Assembly (NCBI GenBank): GCA_965226555.1
Contig: CBDDDG010000010.1
Span: 224,001 to 288,000, forward strand
Direction of reading: 5' to 3'
Length of the DNA: 64,000 nt
From: Salinispira sp.
Lineage (GTDB): Bacteria; Spirochaetota; Spirochaetia; DSM-27196; Salinispiraceae
This document shows, piece by piece, positions 9,841 to 18,803 of this stretch. Position 1 is the first letter of the stretch. Every line of letters starts with the position of its first letter. Both the position numbers and the translations under genes were made by a program. Below the pieces are notes generated by a model that did not search any database, was not told where the DNA came from, and saw nothing but the letters and a program-made list of their open reading frames with translations.

Positions 9841-10575
9841 ATGCCAGATATAGATAATAAAACAGTACACGCCGCGTATGCTGAAGCCAAGCAGGTTTAT
9901 GAAGGCTTAGAAAAAAAAGCCGCAGCCGACAAGCGCTTGGTTAAGGAGCACGGCATGAACCGTTCATCGGCAAGCGATTATGTAAAACGCTTCCAGGAAA
10001 TGATGGCGGGTAAAGTATACAAACGAACAATTAATATTTATGCGACCGACTATTATTTGGGTCAAATATTGGCGGACTATGGCGTAGAAAAGTTACGATT
10101 TGCCATCCATTCTGTTAATTTACATATCGCGTACTATAAAAAGAAAACAGGCGCCAATTCAGGTGAAACTCAAAAAATTGTGTCACGCTATGAAGAAAAA
10201 ATGCGATTAGCAGAATTCTCCCATCCTGATGAGCTGGACGAAGACGACAGCAAGCAGATTTTCGAAGGGGCAAAAAAGCACGTGGTAGTCAATTCGTATG
10301 AGCGCAACCCGAAAGGGCGAGTCGAATGCATCGAGTATTATGGCCTTCGTTGTGCAGTGTGTGAATTTGATTTTGAGAAAACCTACGGCACTGTCGGCGC
10401 AAGGTATATTCATGTGCATCATCTAACGCCGATATCGGAAATAGGGCGTGAATACACTCTTGACCCGATTGAAGATTTGCGTCCGGTGTGTCCAAATTGC
10501 CACGCAATGTTGCACAAAAACAAACCGCCCTACACACTAGAAGAGTTGCGGGAAAAAATAAAAACGAAAGGTTAA
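9841..10575 (+). CDS. HNH endonuclease (McrA-like C-terminal domain)
   Basis: YERNP...CAVCEFDF...YIHVHHLTP...LRPVCPNCHAMLH. Confidence 0.88.
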   Translation: MPDIDNKTVHAAYAEAKQVYEGLEKKAAADKRLVKEHGMNRSSASDYVKRFQEMMAGKVYKRTINIYATDYYLGQILADYGVEKLRFAIHSVNLHIAYYKKKTGANSGETQKIVSRYEEKMRLAEFSHPDELDEDDSKQIFEGAKKHVVVNSYERNPKGRVECIEYYGLRCAVCEFDFEKTYGTVGARYIHVHHLTPISEIGREYTLDPIEDLRPVCPNCHAMLHKNKPPYTLEELREKIKTKG

Positions 10576-10608
10576 AGCGAAATCGAATATGACCCCCATC
10601 CACGAATC
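10566..10608 (+). repeat. 43-bp direct repeat copy 2
   Basis: GAAAGGTTAAAGCGAAATCGAATATGACCCCCATCCACGAATC. It includes the HNH stop codon. Confidence 0.9.
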
Positions 10609-10744
10609 CAACATAGAAAAACTTGCCATTGAGCTCCTCCGGCAGCAGGGCTACACCTACATTGCGCCCGATCAGCAGGAAACGGATCGGGACAGCGCCG
10701 CGGAAGTTGTTCTGAAGCCGCGGCTGCAACAGGCAATTGACTAG
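10589..10744 (+). pseudogene. Duplicated hsdR 5' fragment (51 codons)
   Basis: MTPIHESNIEKLAIELLRQQGYTYIAPDQQETDRDSAAEVVLKPRLQQAID* is nearly identical at DNA and protein level to hsdR 11850-12001. Confidence 0.9.
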
Positions 10745-10786
10745 TTCATAAGCCAATTCAACCATACCAGCCCCCCATTCCCGACT

Positions 10787-10880
10787 CCCCGAAAAAAATT
10801 CACAAATTTTGCAAACTTTTTTCAAATTCTTTTCAAAAAACATAGTCAAAAATGACAGTTCTCCCGTTATAGATATAGCA
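10787..10880 (+). promoter_or_regulatory. Conserved leader upstream of Rpn gene 1
   Basis: CCCCGAAAAAAATTCACA...TCAAAAAACA...AAAAATGACAGTT..CCCGT.A.AGATATAG is shared with 36435-36515. Confidence 0.6.
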
Positions 10881-10890
10881 GGAGGTATGT

Positions 10891-11853
10891 ATGAGTAATG
10901 CCGGATACAATATCCATGATATTGCTTTTAAGAGCATCTATGGCACCCCCGAGGCGGCAGCCGACATTCCACGAATAATTTTTCCAAAGAACATCGTTAA
11001 CATTATGGACCTAGATGCTATTCGCATCGAAAACACCATCTACATTGACAAAGGGCGTGAGATGCTCTGCGACCTCATTCTCATTATTCCCCTCAAAGGG
11101 GAATTCGAGGGTTTACGAATTGTACTGCTTATTGAGCACAAAAGCATGTTTGATCCGAAGGTCAGCGAACAGTTCGATAAATACCAGAAAGCCCTCATAA
11201 ACAGCAGGACATTTCAGGCGCAGACCGATCTTCTTGTTCTGGTGCTGTGGTATCATGGCGAAGCACTATGGGAAGGAAATCTCAGTTTTCACAGTTCCCA
11301 AGATATACATACACACATACCGGAAAAATTGTACACAATGATGGAAAAATACCTTGCGAGGCCAAAGGTTCTCAATAGGCCTGTGATGGTCGATTTGAAT
11401 AGGATGAGCGAGGATAAGTTTACCCGGGGGTCAGACGGGGTTGTGTTGACAGGGGGAGCTCTGTGCTATATTATGCGGAAAGTCAGTAAGACAGGCGATG
11501 AAGACTTGCGGAAGGTTGCGAAGTATCTGAAAGAGCTTCCCGCAGAGAATTCCCGAGAGATGATCCCGAACCTTCTGCTCTATCTGAAGGCCTTGAAACT
11601 GGATACACGCTTTGAAAAAATCAACAGGGAAATAAATCCCGAAGGAGAAAGGGTTATGATGAAAAAAGTTCAGATGAGTGATTGGTTTGTCAACCAAGGC
11701 ATGGAGAAGGGCATTGAAAAGACGGCTCGGAATATGATCCGGATCGGAATAGAAGAGTCCGATGTGGTTGCCGCTACAGAACTTTCACCGGAACGGGTGC
11801 GTGAACTCAGGGGACGTGAATTAAACGAATCTGCGGCATCTACAGGACAATGA
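10891..11853 (+). CDS. Rpn family (PD-(D/E)XK, transposase_31-like) nuclease
   Basis: HDIAFKS, CDLIL..LLIEHKS, LWYHG, C-terminal GMEKGIEKTARNM-HTH tail. RBS AGGAGG. Internal AAGGAG-ATG at 11656. Stop overlaps the hsdR start (ATGA). Confidence 0.85.
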   Translation: MSNAGYNIHDIAFKSIYGTPEAAADIPRIIFPKNIVNIMDLDAIRIENTIYIDKGREMLCDLILIIPLKGEFEGLRIVLLIEHKSMFDPKVSEQFDKYQKALINSRTFQAQTDLLVLVLWYHGEALWEGNLSFHSSQDIHTHIPEKLYTMMEKYLARPKVLNRPVMVDLNRMSEDKFTRGSDGVVLTGGALCYIMRKVSKTGDEDLRKVAKYLKELPAENSREMIPNLLLYLKALKLDTRFEKINREINPEGERVMMKKVQMSDWFVNQGMEKGIEKTARNMIRIGIEESDVVAATELSPERVRELRGRELNESAASTGQ

Positions 11854-14800
11854 CCACCCTCTACGAATCGGACATTGAAGAACTTGCCATTGAGCTCCTC
11901 CGGCAGCAGGGCTACACCTACATTGCGCCCGATCAGCAGGAAACGGAGAGGGACAGTACAGCGGAAGTTATCCTGAAGCCGCGGCTGCAACAGGCAATTC
12001 ACGACCTCAACCCGAACCTGCCCGACATGGTCAAAACGCAGGCAATGCGGCAGGTAACCGACCTGTCGTCCGCGCAGGTGGCGGAGACCAACGCCAATTT
12101 TTACAAAATGCTCATTGAAGGCGTGCCGGAGGAATATCAGCAAAACAATAACACGGTCGGCGCGAGGCTCCGCCTTATCGATTTTGAAAATGCGGCAAAC
12201 AACGACTTCGCTGTCTGCAATCAATTCTCCGTGAAGGAGAACAGAACGACCAGACGCCCCGATGTGGTGCTCTTTGTGAACGGCTTGCCGATGGGGGTCA
12301 TTGAGCTGAAAAATCCTGCCGATGAAAAGGCAACCATTCATAGCGCCTTTGTCCAGCTGCAAAACTATAAGCATTCCATTCCCACGCTGTTTCGTTATAA
12401 CGGCATTTTGGTTGCCTCGGACGGGCTGAATGCACAGGCAGGATCGCTGACGGCGGGTGAGGCGCGCTTTATGGCGTGGAAAACTGTTGATGGTACGTTT
12501 GAAGACCCTGCCACAACACCGCAGCTGGAAACCCTCATTAAGGGGATGCTACGCCCCGCTGTTCTGCTGGATATCATACGCTACTTTACCGTATTTGAAA
12601 CCACAGGCAGAGAAGACCCGAAAACCGGTACCATTGCCACAGAAAAAGAAAAGAAAATTGCAGCCTACCACCAATACCACGCCGTTAAAAAAGCGGTGAG
12701 CTCCACCATCCGAGCTGCCGGCGCTGCCCCCCAACTCGGCGCGCCCCAAATAGGCAGCGCGCAGCCCCAACCCGGCACCGCGCAGCCCCAACTCGGCACA
12801 GCCCAACCCGGCACCGCGCAGCCCCAACTCGGCACAGCCCAACCCGGCACCGCGCAGCCCCAACCCGGCGCTGCCCCCCAACCCGGCACCGCGCAGCCCC
12901 AACCCGGCGCTGCCCCCCAACCCGGCACCGCGCAGCCCCAACCCCCCGCAACAGAAACGCACGAAGACCCCGAGGCCTACGGATTGCCCGGGGTGAAAAG
13001 CCAGCCGGCGGGCGACCGCAAAGCGGGGGTACTGTGGCATACGCAGGGCAGCGGTAAATCGTTGTCCATGCTGTTCTATGCGGGGCTACTGGTGATCGAT
13101 CGGCGCATGGCAAACCCAACCATTGTTATCATTACCGACCGCAATAATTTAGACGAGCAACTATTCGAGGCCTTCACCGCGGGCAAGGACCTGCTGCGGC
13201 AGGAACCCGTGCGGGCGAAAAATCGGCGCCAGCTTAAAAACCTGCTCACAACACTCGGCGGCGGCGTGGTTTTCTCCACCATTCAGAAATTCTCCCCCGA
13301 AGACGACAGCGAAGAGTTCGATGTGCTATCGGAGCGGGAAAACATCGTTGTTATTGCCGATGAAGCCCACCGCAGCCAATACGGCTTTGGCGCAAAGACC
13401 CATTTTGTGAAAGACGGCGCAAAAACCCGCTACGGCTTCGCAAAATACCTGCGGGACGCGCTGCCGAGGGCATCCTTTGTGGGCTTTACGGGCACCCCAA
13501 TTGAGAAAGACGATGCCTCCACGCCGGCGGTTTTCGGCAACTACATAGACATCTACGACATAGAACAGGCGGTTAAAGACGGCGCAACCGTGCCGATTTA
13601 CTACGAATCGCGCCTTGCGCGCGTTCATCTCAAAGAAGAATACACCGAAGAACTGGACGCGGAAATTGAAGAAATTGTTGAAAACAGAGAATTAGATGAT
13701 GCGGAAAGAGCCAAGGCGAAATCGGCGCGGCAGGAGGCCATTATCGGGCATGAAGACCGGCTGCGGACGGTTGTTGCGGACATTCTCCAGCACTTTGCCG
13801 AGCGGCGCGATGCCTGCCAAGGCAAGGCGATGATTGTTACTACCAGCCGCCGCATTGCCGTTGCAATGTATGCCGACATCATCTCCCTCCGTCCGCACTG
13901 GCATAACCAGAACGCCGACAAGGGGGCAGTAAAAATCGTTATGACCTCATCATCGAGCGACCCGCCCGAATGGCAGCAGCACTCAACGACAAAAGATGAG
14001 AAAACAGCAATAAGAAAACGCTTTGTTATTCCCGAAGATTCTTTGCAGATGGTCATTGTCTGCGATATGTGGCTGACGGGTTTTGACGCGCCCTGTCTGG
14101 ACACCCTCTACATTGACAAAATAATGAGCGGACACAATTTGATGCAGGCAATAGCGCGGGTGAACAGGGTCTATAAGGACAAGGCGGGCGGGCTCATTGT
14201 CGACTACATCGGCATTGCCTCCAATTTGAAGCGCGCCCTCGCAGCCTACACCCAAAACGGCGGGCGGGGAAGTCCCGCGCTCAAACAGGAAGATGCCGTA
14301 AAGCTCATGCTGGAAAAATACGATGTGGCAGCGAACCTCTTTGCCGGTTTCAACTACAAACCGTACTTCACGGCAGACACCGCCGGCAAGCTGACCATCA
14401 TTTTAGAAGCGCAAGAACACATTCTTGCTCTGGAAAACGGCAGGGAACGCTTTTCGCAGGCGGTCTACCTGCTTGCCAGAGCATTTGCCATGTCCGTTCC
14501 CTCTGCCGCGGCAATGAACATAAAGGCGGAGGTAGGGTTTTTTCAGGCGGTGCGGGCGCGGCTCATAAAGTTTGAACCGACAGGCAGCGGAAAAAGCACT
14601 GTTGAAATGGAAACGGCAATTCGGCAAATTGTCGACAAGGCCCTTGCGGCAGACGGCGTAATCGACATATTCGATGCCGCAGGCATAAAGAAGCCCGATG
14701 TATCCATTCTCTCCGACGATTTTCTGGCAGAAATACGGGGAATGCGGCATAAAAATCTTGCTCTGGCGCTCCTGAAAAAAATTCTCAACAACGAAATACG

Positions 14801-15245
14801 AAGCAGAAGCAAAAAAAACCTGACGCAGGGCAGGAAGTTTTCCGAGATGATCGAAACGGCGCTCAAGAAGTATCGGAACCGAACCATAGAAGCTGCCGAG
14901 ATTATTCAGGAGCTCATTGACATAGCCATAGAAATGCGGGAGTCCGAACAGCGGGGCGCCGATCTTGGTCTGAGCGATAATGAAATAGCCTTCTACGATG
15001 CCCTTGCCGATAATGGCAGCGCTCGGGAAATAATGGGCGATAAAAAACTCAGAACAATTGCCCAACTGCTCACCGACATGGTGAATAACAACGTATCCAT
15101 CGACTGGATAATAAAAGAAAGCGCGCGGGCGCGGCTGCGAACCATGGTGAAGCGGCTGCTAAACCAATACGGCTACCCGCCCGATCTGCAGAAATCGGCA
15201 ACAGAGCTGGTCATTGAACAGGCAGAACGATTCGCCGAGGATTAG
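11850..15245 (+). CDS. hsdR: Type I restriction endonuclease subunit R
   Basis: RRPDVVLFVNGLP..IELK nuclease motif, HTQGSGKS, DEAHRSQY, FTGTP, DMWLTGFDAP, QAIARVNR. Confidence 0.97.
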   Translation: MTTLYESDIEELAIELLRQQGYTYIAPDQQETERDSTAEVILKPRLQQAIHDLNPNLPDMVKTQAMRQVTDLSSAQVAETNANFYKMLIEGVPEEYQQNNNTVGARLRLIDFENAANNDFAVCNQFSVKENRTTRRPDVVLFVNGLPMGVIELKNPADEKATIHSAFVQLQNYKHSIPTLFRYNGILVASDGLNAQAGSLTAGEARFMAWKTVDGTFEDPATTPQLETLIKGMLRPAVLLDIIRYFTVFETTGREDPKTGTIATEKEKKIAAYHQYHAVKKAVSSTIRAAGAAPQLGAPQIGSAQPQPGTAQPQLGTAQPGTAQPQLGTAQPGTAQPQPGAAPQPGTAQPQPGAAPQPGTAQPQPPATETHEDPEAYGLPGVKSQPAGDRKAGVLWHTQGSGKSLSMLFYAGLLVIDRRMANPTIVIITDRNNLDEQLFEAFTAGKDLLRQEPVRAKNRRQLKNLLTTLGGGVVFSTIQKFSPEDDSEEFDVLSERENIVVIADEAHRSQYGFGAKTHFVKDGAKTRYGFAKYLRDALPRASFVGFTGTPIEKDDASTPAVFGNYIDIYDIEQAVKDGATVPIYYESRLARVHLKEEYTEELDAEIEEIVENRELDDAERAKAKSARQEAIIGHEDRLRTVVADILQHFAERRDACQGKAMIVTTSRRIAVAMYADIISLRPHWHNQNADKGAVKIVMTSSSSDPPEWQQHSTTKDEKTAIRKRFVIPEDSLQMVIVCDMWLTGFDAPCLDTLYIDKIMSGHNLMQAIARVNRVYKDKAGGLIVDYIGIASNLKRALAAYTQNGGRGSPALKQEDAVKLMLEKYDVAANLFAGFNYKPYFTADTAGKLTIILEAQEHILALENGRERFSQAVYLLARAFAMSVPSAAAMNIKAEVGFFQAVRARLIKFEPTGSGKSTVEMETAIRQIVDKALAADGVIDIFDAAGIKKPDVSILSDDFLAEIRGMRHKNLALALLKKILNNEIRSRSKKNLTQGRKFSEMIETALKKYRNRTIEAAEIIQELIDIAIEMRESEQRGADLGLSDNEIAFYDALADNGSAREIMGDKKLRTIAQLLTDMVNNNVSIDWIIKESARARLRTMVKRLLNQYGYPPDLQKSATELVIEQAERFAED
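12718..12950 (+). repeat. In-frame C-rich tandem repeat (15/18/21-bp units) inside hsdR
   Basis: Units built on CCCAAC(C/T)CGGC encode AAPQLG/TAQPQPG/TAQPG. Confidence 0.9.
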
Positions 15246-15338
15246 ACGAACTCAAGAAATAGTTCCGTAGTAGATGTATGTAAGAAATTCGCTTATGAAT
15301 TAAGAATTTGTGATACAAAAAATGCTGAAGTAGATTGT

Positions 15339-15782
15339 ATGGAACTGTCGTTGACACAATATGAAGCAGATACCTTATTTGCTCTGGAAAAACATCACAG
15401 AGAAACTGAGTCATACACATTTCCAAGTCTTGGCGGAAGAATAAATATTCCCTTATATTTTGAAGATAGTAGCGAGAAATTCCATATGGATATAACTCGG
15501 AGTCGAATAGAACTCAAGAAATATACCTTCCAAAACCGTGTGCGTAAAACCATTGCATTAGTTAGAATAGATATACATGGCCCGCCACATCGGAATCCAG
15601 ATGGAGAAGAAATTCCATGTCCTCATATGCACAAATATCGCGAAAAATGGGGCGATAAATGGGCGGAACCTTTACCAAATATATTTAGTGAAATATCAGA
15701 TACATGGCAAACACTTGAGCATTTTATGCAATTCTGCAATATTAAAACTAAGCCGGAAATCATAGGGGATTTGTTTACATGA
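15339..15782 (+). CDS. DUF6978-like hypothetical protein
   Basis: LVRIDIHGPPHRNPDGEEIPCPHMHKY motif recalled from this family. It overlaps the next gene (ATGA). Confidence 0.6.
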   Translation: MELSLTQYEADTLFALEKHHRETESYTFPSLGGRINIPLYFEDSSEKFHMDITRSRIELKKYTFQNRVRKTIALVRIDIHGPPHRNPDGEEIPCPHMHKYREKWGDKWAEPLPNIFSEISDTWQTLEHFMQFCNIKTKPEIIGDLFT

Positions 15783-16549
15783 TCATTAATGAAATAGAAC
15801 ATATTCTACAGGATTATACTAACTGGCTTAAAGATAAGACCGTACTGAAACAAATTGATGCGCGCTGGATTGAAATTACCACGCCGTATCTCGACCGCCA
15901 CAATGACTATCTCCAAATATATGCCCGGAAAGATGGAAATAAGTTTGTTTTAACCGATGACGGATACATAATACATGACCTAATCAATTCAGGATGTTCT
16001 CTGAATTCCCCAAAACGCCAGCAATTGCTTCATACAACATTGAATGGATTTGGCATACACATGAAAGATGAACAATTAATTGTGCATAGCGATCCTGAAG
16101 AATTTTCTCAGAAGAAACACAATATCATTCAAGCAATGCTCTCGGTAAATGACCTTTTCTATCTGGCATCACCATATATTGAAAATCTATTCCTTGAAGA
16201 TGTTACAAAATGGCTTGATATATCCAACATACGGTATACCCCAAATTTAAAGTTTGCGGGAAAAAGCGGATATGATCATGTGTTTAATTTCGTTATTCCT
16301 AAATCAAGAAAACAACCAGAGCGCATTGTGCAAACATTGACAAATCCAAAGAAGAATAATGCTGAAAATTTGGTGTTCAAGTGGCTGGATACGCGGGAAA
16401 TGCGATCGGCAGAGTCAGAACTATTCGCCGTCCTAAACGATGGGGATAATGGAATTTCTCATGGTGTTGCGGAAGCATTCAAACGCTATGACATAATACC
16501 AATGGCATGGTCAGAAAGAGAAAATAATCAGGAGAGATTGGCGGGTTAA
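15779..16549 (+). CDS. DUF1828/DUF1829-domain protein
   Basis: ITTPYLDRHNDYLQIY, LTDDG in the N-terminal part. GKSGYDHVFNFVIP restriction-endonuclease-like C-terminal part. Confidence 0.72.
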   Translation: MIINEIEHILQDYTNWLKDKTVLKQIDARWIEITTPYLDRHNDYLQIYARKDGNKFVLTDDGYIIHDLINSGCSLNSPKRQQLLHTTLNGFGIHMKDEQLIVHSDPEEFSQKKHNIIQAMLSVNDLFYLASPYIENLFLEDVTKWLDISNIRYTPNLKFAGKSGYDHVFNFVIPKSRKQPERIVQTLTNPKKNNAENLVFKWLDTREMRSAESELFAVLNDGDNGISHGVAEAFKRYDIIPMAWSERENNQERLAG

Positions 16550-16558
16550 TGAATATGA

Positions 16559-16656
16559 CAAAGTTTTGCAGAATGCAAAACTTTCTACAAAATGCGAGAA
16601 TGCTCAGCACATAGAGTCATTCAAAATGTGAAACTTTTGCAAAATGCAAAAGTTTC
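16559..16656 (+). mobile_element. Palindromic MITE-like element, 98-bp copy
   Basis: CAAAGTTTTGC...GCAAAAGTTTC with three internal hairpins. Flanked by TATGA at 16554-16558 and 16657-16661. Confidence 0.75.
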
Positions 16657-16711
16657 TATGATCATATCACCGGCTATTCCGTTCCCAAAAAACAGCCGTT
16701 GTAATAATATA

Positions 16712-16785
16712 TGGGCCCAGTAGGACTTGAACCTACGACCAATGGATTATGAGTCCACTGCTCTAACCAACTGAGCTATGGGCCC
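16712..16785 (-). tRNA. tRNA with CAT anticodon, most likely tRNA-Ile2 (lysidine type)
   Basis: GGGCCCATAGCTCAGTTGGTTAGAGCAGTGGACT-CAT-AATCCATTGGTCGTAGGTTCAAGTCCTACTGGGCCCA folds as a cloverleaf and resembles Ile2 rather than initiator Met. CCA is not encoded. Confidence 0.93.
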
Positions 16786-16923
16786 GCAGTAATAAAAAGT
16801 ATCCGAATTATCGGCATTACTGTCAATCCTCGAAAATATTTTATCCAATACCCTTTGCATACATATTTTTGTTTGATATAATGATGACTTGTTGTGTTGT
16901 AAAGACACATAAAAGGAGGCTTT

Positions 16924-18564
16924 ATGAAAAAAGTAATAGCCAAAAAAATAATAGCCATACTTGTGTTCACACTTGTATGTTCAATGATCGTAAGCGCAGG
17001 CGGAGATGCGGAAAGCTCTGCATCGGAGTCAGTATCGGAAATGGTGCTGAACTGGAACCTTGCGGCGGATCCGAAAACACTCGACCCAGGCCTAGCCGGA
17101 GCGACTGATGAAGGCGATATTATTGCCAATACCTTTGAGGGTCTTATCAGGGAGCGCGGCGGAATAGTTGAGCCGGGTATTGCCGAAAGTTGGGAAATTT
17201 CTCCCGATGGACAGACGGTTACCTTCAATCTCCGCAGATCACAATGGTCAGACGGCTCCGATCTCACTGCCGATGACTTCGTCTATTCCTGGAAACGGGC
17301 AATTGATCCTGCAACAGCTGCAGAATACAGCTGGATCTGGAAATATACAAATGTTGTGAATGCAGATGACGCAACTTTAGGCAAAGTTTCACCAGACAGT
17401 GTCGGTGTACGGGCCATTGATGACTATACCCTTGAGGTAAAACTCATTGCGCCCACTCCCTACATTATCTCACTAACATCGTTCTACCACTTCATGCCGG
17501 TAAAGCAGTCTGCCGTTGAGGCAGGTCCTGAAGGCGCATGGGCAAAAGACCCCGAACTCTATGTTTCAAACGGTCCCTTCGTGCTGACATCGTACACAAT
17601 TGGAGATGGGCTCACTCTGGAGAAGAACCCCAATTTCTGGAATGCAGGTAATGTCAGTATTGATATGATAAACGTTAAGTTTATTGATGAATCCCCTACC
17701 GCGTACACCGCCTATGAGGCCGGCGAATTCGACTTTCTCAACGATGTTCCTCCTGCGGAAATCCCCCGCCTTGTTGCTGAAAACCCTGAATTCCACATTT
17801 TCCCCCTGCTTGGAACCTACTACTATAACTTCAACATGGATCTGCCTCGCTGGCAGGATCCGCTCGTGCGCAGGGCGCTCACCCTTTCCATTGACAGGGA
17901 GCAGATTGTCGAAGTGCTCGCACGCGGTAATGTACCCGCTCCGGGCTTTGTTCCTCCGGGTTTCCGTGATAATGATGGACGCGACTTTTTCGAAACTGCC
18001 GGAAACTACGGCATTATGACCGATAATTCGCAGTTCGCTGAAGCGCGCAGTCTTCTCGCTGAAGCCGGATATCCGAACGGAGAAGGATTTCCGAAGTTCA
18101 CCCTCATATACAACACCAGTGATGGGCATAAGCTTGTCGCTGAAATAATTCAGGAAGCATGGAAAACCAACCTCGGTATCGAAATTGACCTCGAAAACCA
18201 GGAATGGGCTGTATTTCAGGAAACCCGAAGACAGGGCGACTACGAACTGTCGCGCGGCGGCTGGCTAACAGACTTCTTGGATCCCAGCGGTCTGCTCGCC
18301 ATTTTTGAGACGGACAATAACTATAATGATCCCAACTTCGATAACTCCGCCTTCAACGAAGCAATGAAGCGCTCCCGCGAAGCTCCCGGCACTGCAGAGC
18401 ATTTCAATGCCCTCTATGAGGCGCAGGAAATTCTTATGACCGAGCTGCCTGTTATTCCGGTGTATCACTACACCGATTACATGCTCTCAAGTCCTCATGT
18501 CAAAGGATGGGAACGGAGTCTGCTGAGCGGAACTGATTTCCGCTATGCGACTGTCGAACGCTAA
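16924..18564 (+). CDS. oppA: Oligopeptide ABC transporter substrate-binding protein
   Basis: Signal peptide, TLDPG, FEGL, WSDGSDLTADDFVYSW, SNGPF. RBS AGGAGG. Confidence 0.93.
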   Translation: MKKVIAKKIIAILVFTLVCSMIVSAGGDAESSASESVSEMVLNWNLAADPKTLDPGLAGATDEGDIIANTFEGLIRERGGIVEPGIAESWEISPDGQTVTFNLRRSQWSDGSDLTADDFVYSWKRAIDPATAAEYSWIWKYTNVVNADDATLGKVSPDSVGVRAIDDYTLEVKLIAPTPYIISLTSFYHFMPVKQSAVEAGPEGAWAKDPELYVSNGPFVLTSYTIGDGLTLEKNPNFWNAGNVSIDMINVKFIDESPTAYTAYEAGEFDFLNDVPPAEIPRLVAENPEFHIFPLLGTYYYNFNMDLPRWQDPLVRRALTLSIDREQIVEVLARGNVPAPGFVPPGFRDNDGRDFFETAGNYGIMTDNSQFAEARSLLAEAGYPNGEGFPKFTLIYNTSDGHKLVAEIIQEAWKTNLGIEIDLENQEWAVFQETRRQGDYELSRGGWLTDFLDPSGLLAIFETDNNYNDPNFDNSAFNEAMKRSREAPGTAEHFNALYEAQEILMTELPVIPVYHYTDYMLSSPHVKGWERSLLSGTDFRYATVER

Positions 18565-18667
18565 ATTGTCGATTGGCGCCGATTGCGCCGAATTCCGATA
18601 TTTTGTCGGAATGATGTTCAGGCGCCGGCGGCAGGGTCATTGCTGCCGGTTGTCCTGCCTATTTGTG

Positions 18668-18775
18668 TAGCCCGCAGCGTGCGGCAGCGGCTTGGTATTA
18701 CTCTGTGTAACCCTCCTTATAAGATTGTAGCCCGCAGTATGCGGCGCTACTGCTGCTGCCGCACGCTGCGGGCTA
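18668..18775. repeat. Intergenic inverted/direct repeat between oppA and oppB
   Basis: TAGCCCGCAGCGTGCGGCAGC (18668-18688) has a perfect inverse at 18755-18775 and a second, partial direct copy at 18728. Confidence 0.75.
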
Positions 18776-18803
18776 TGTAAACGTGCTGCCCGGAGGAAAT
18801 TGT

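Noticed and set aside
9736..11853. Integron attC cassette array
   Set aside because: The repeats are direct copies of the hsdR start, lack attC palindromic structure, and no integrase is seen.
12718..12950. Possible CRISPR array in the hsdR repeat or among the dispersed palindromes
   Set aside because: No constant repeat with unique spacers and no cas genes. The units are in-frame coding repeats or dispersed elements.
16712..16785. tRNA-fMet/Met
   Set aside because: Paired G1-C72 and no GGG/CCC anticodon stem rule out initiator tRNA. The sequence resembles Ile2, though elongator Met is not fully excluded.
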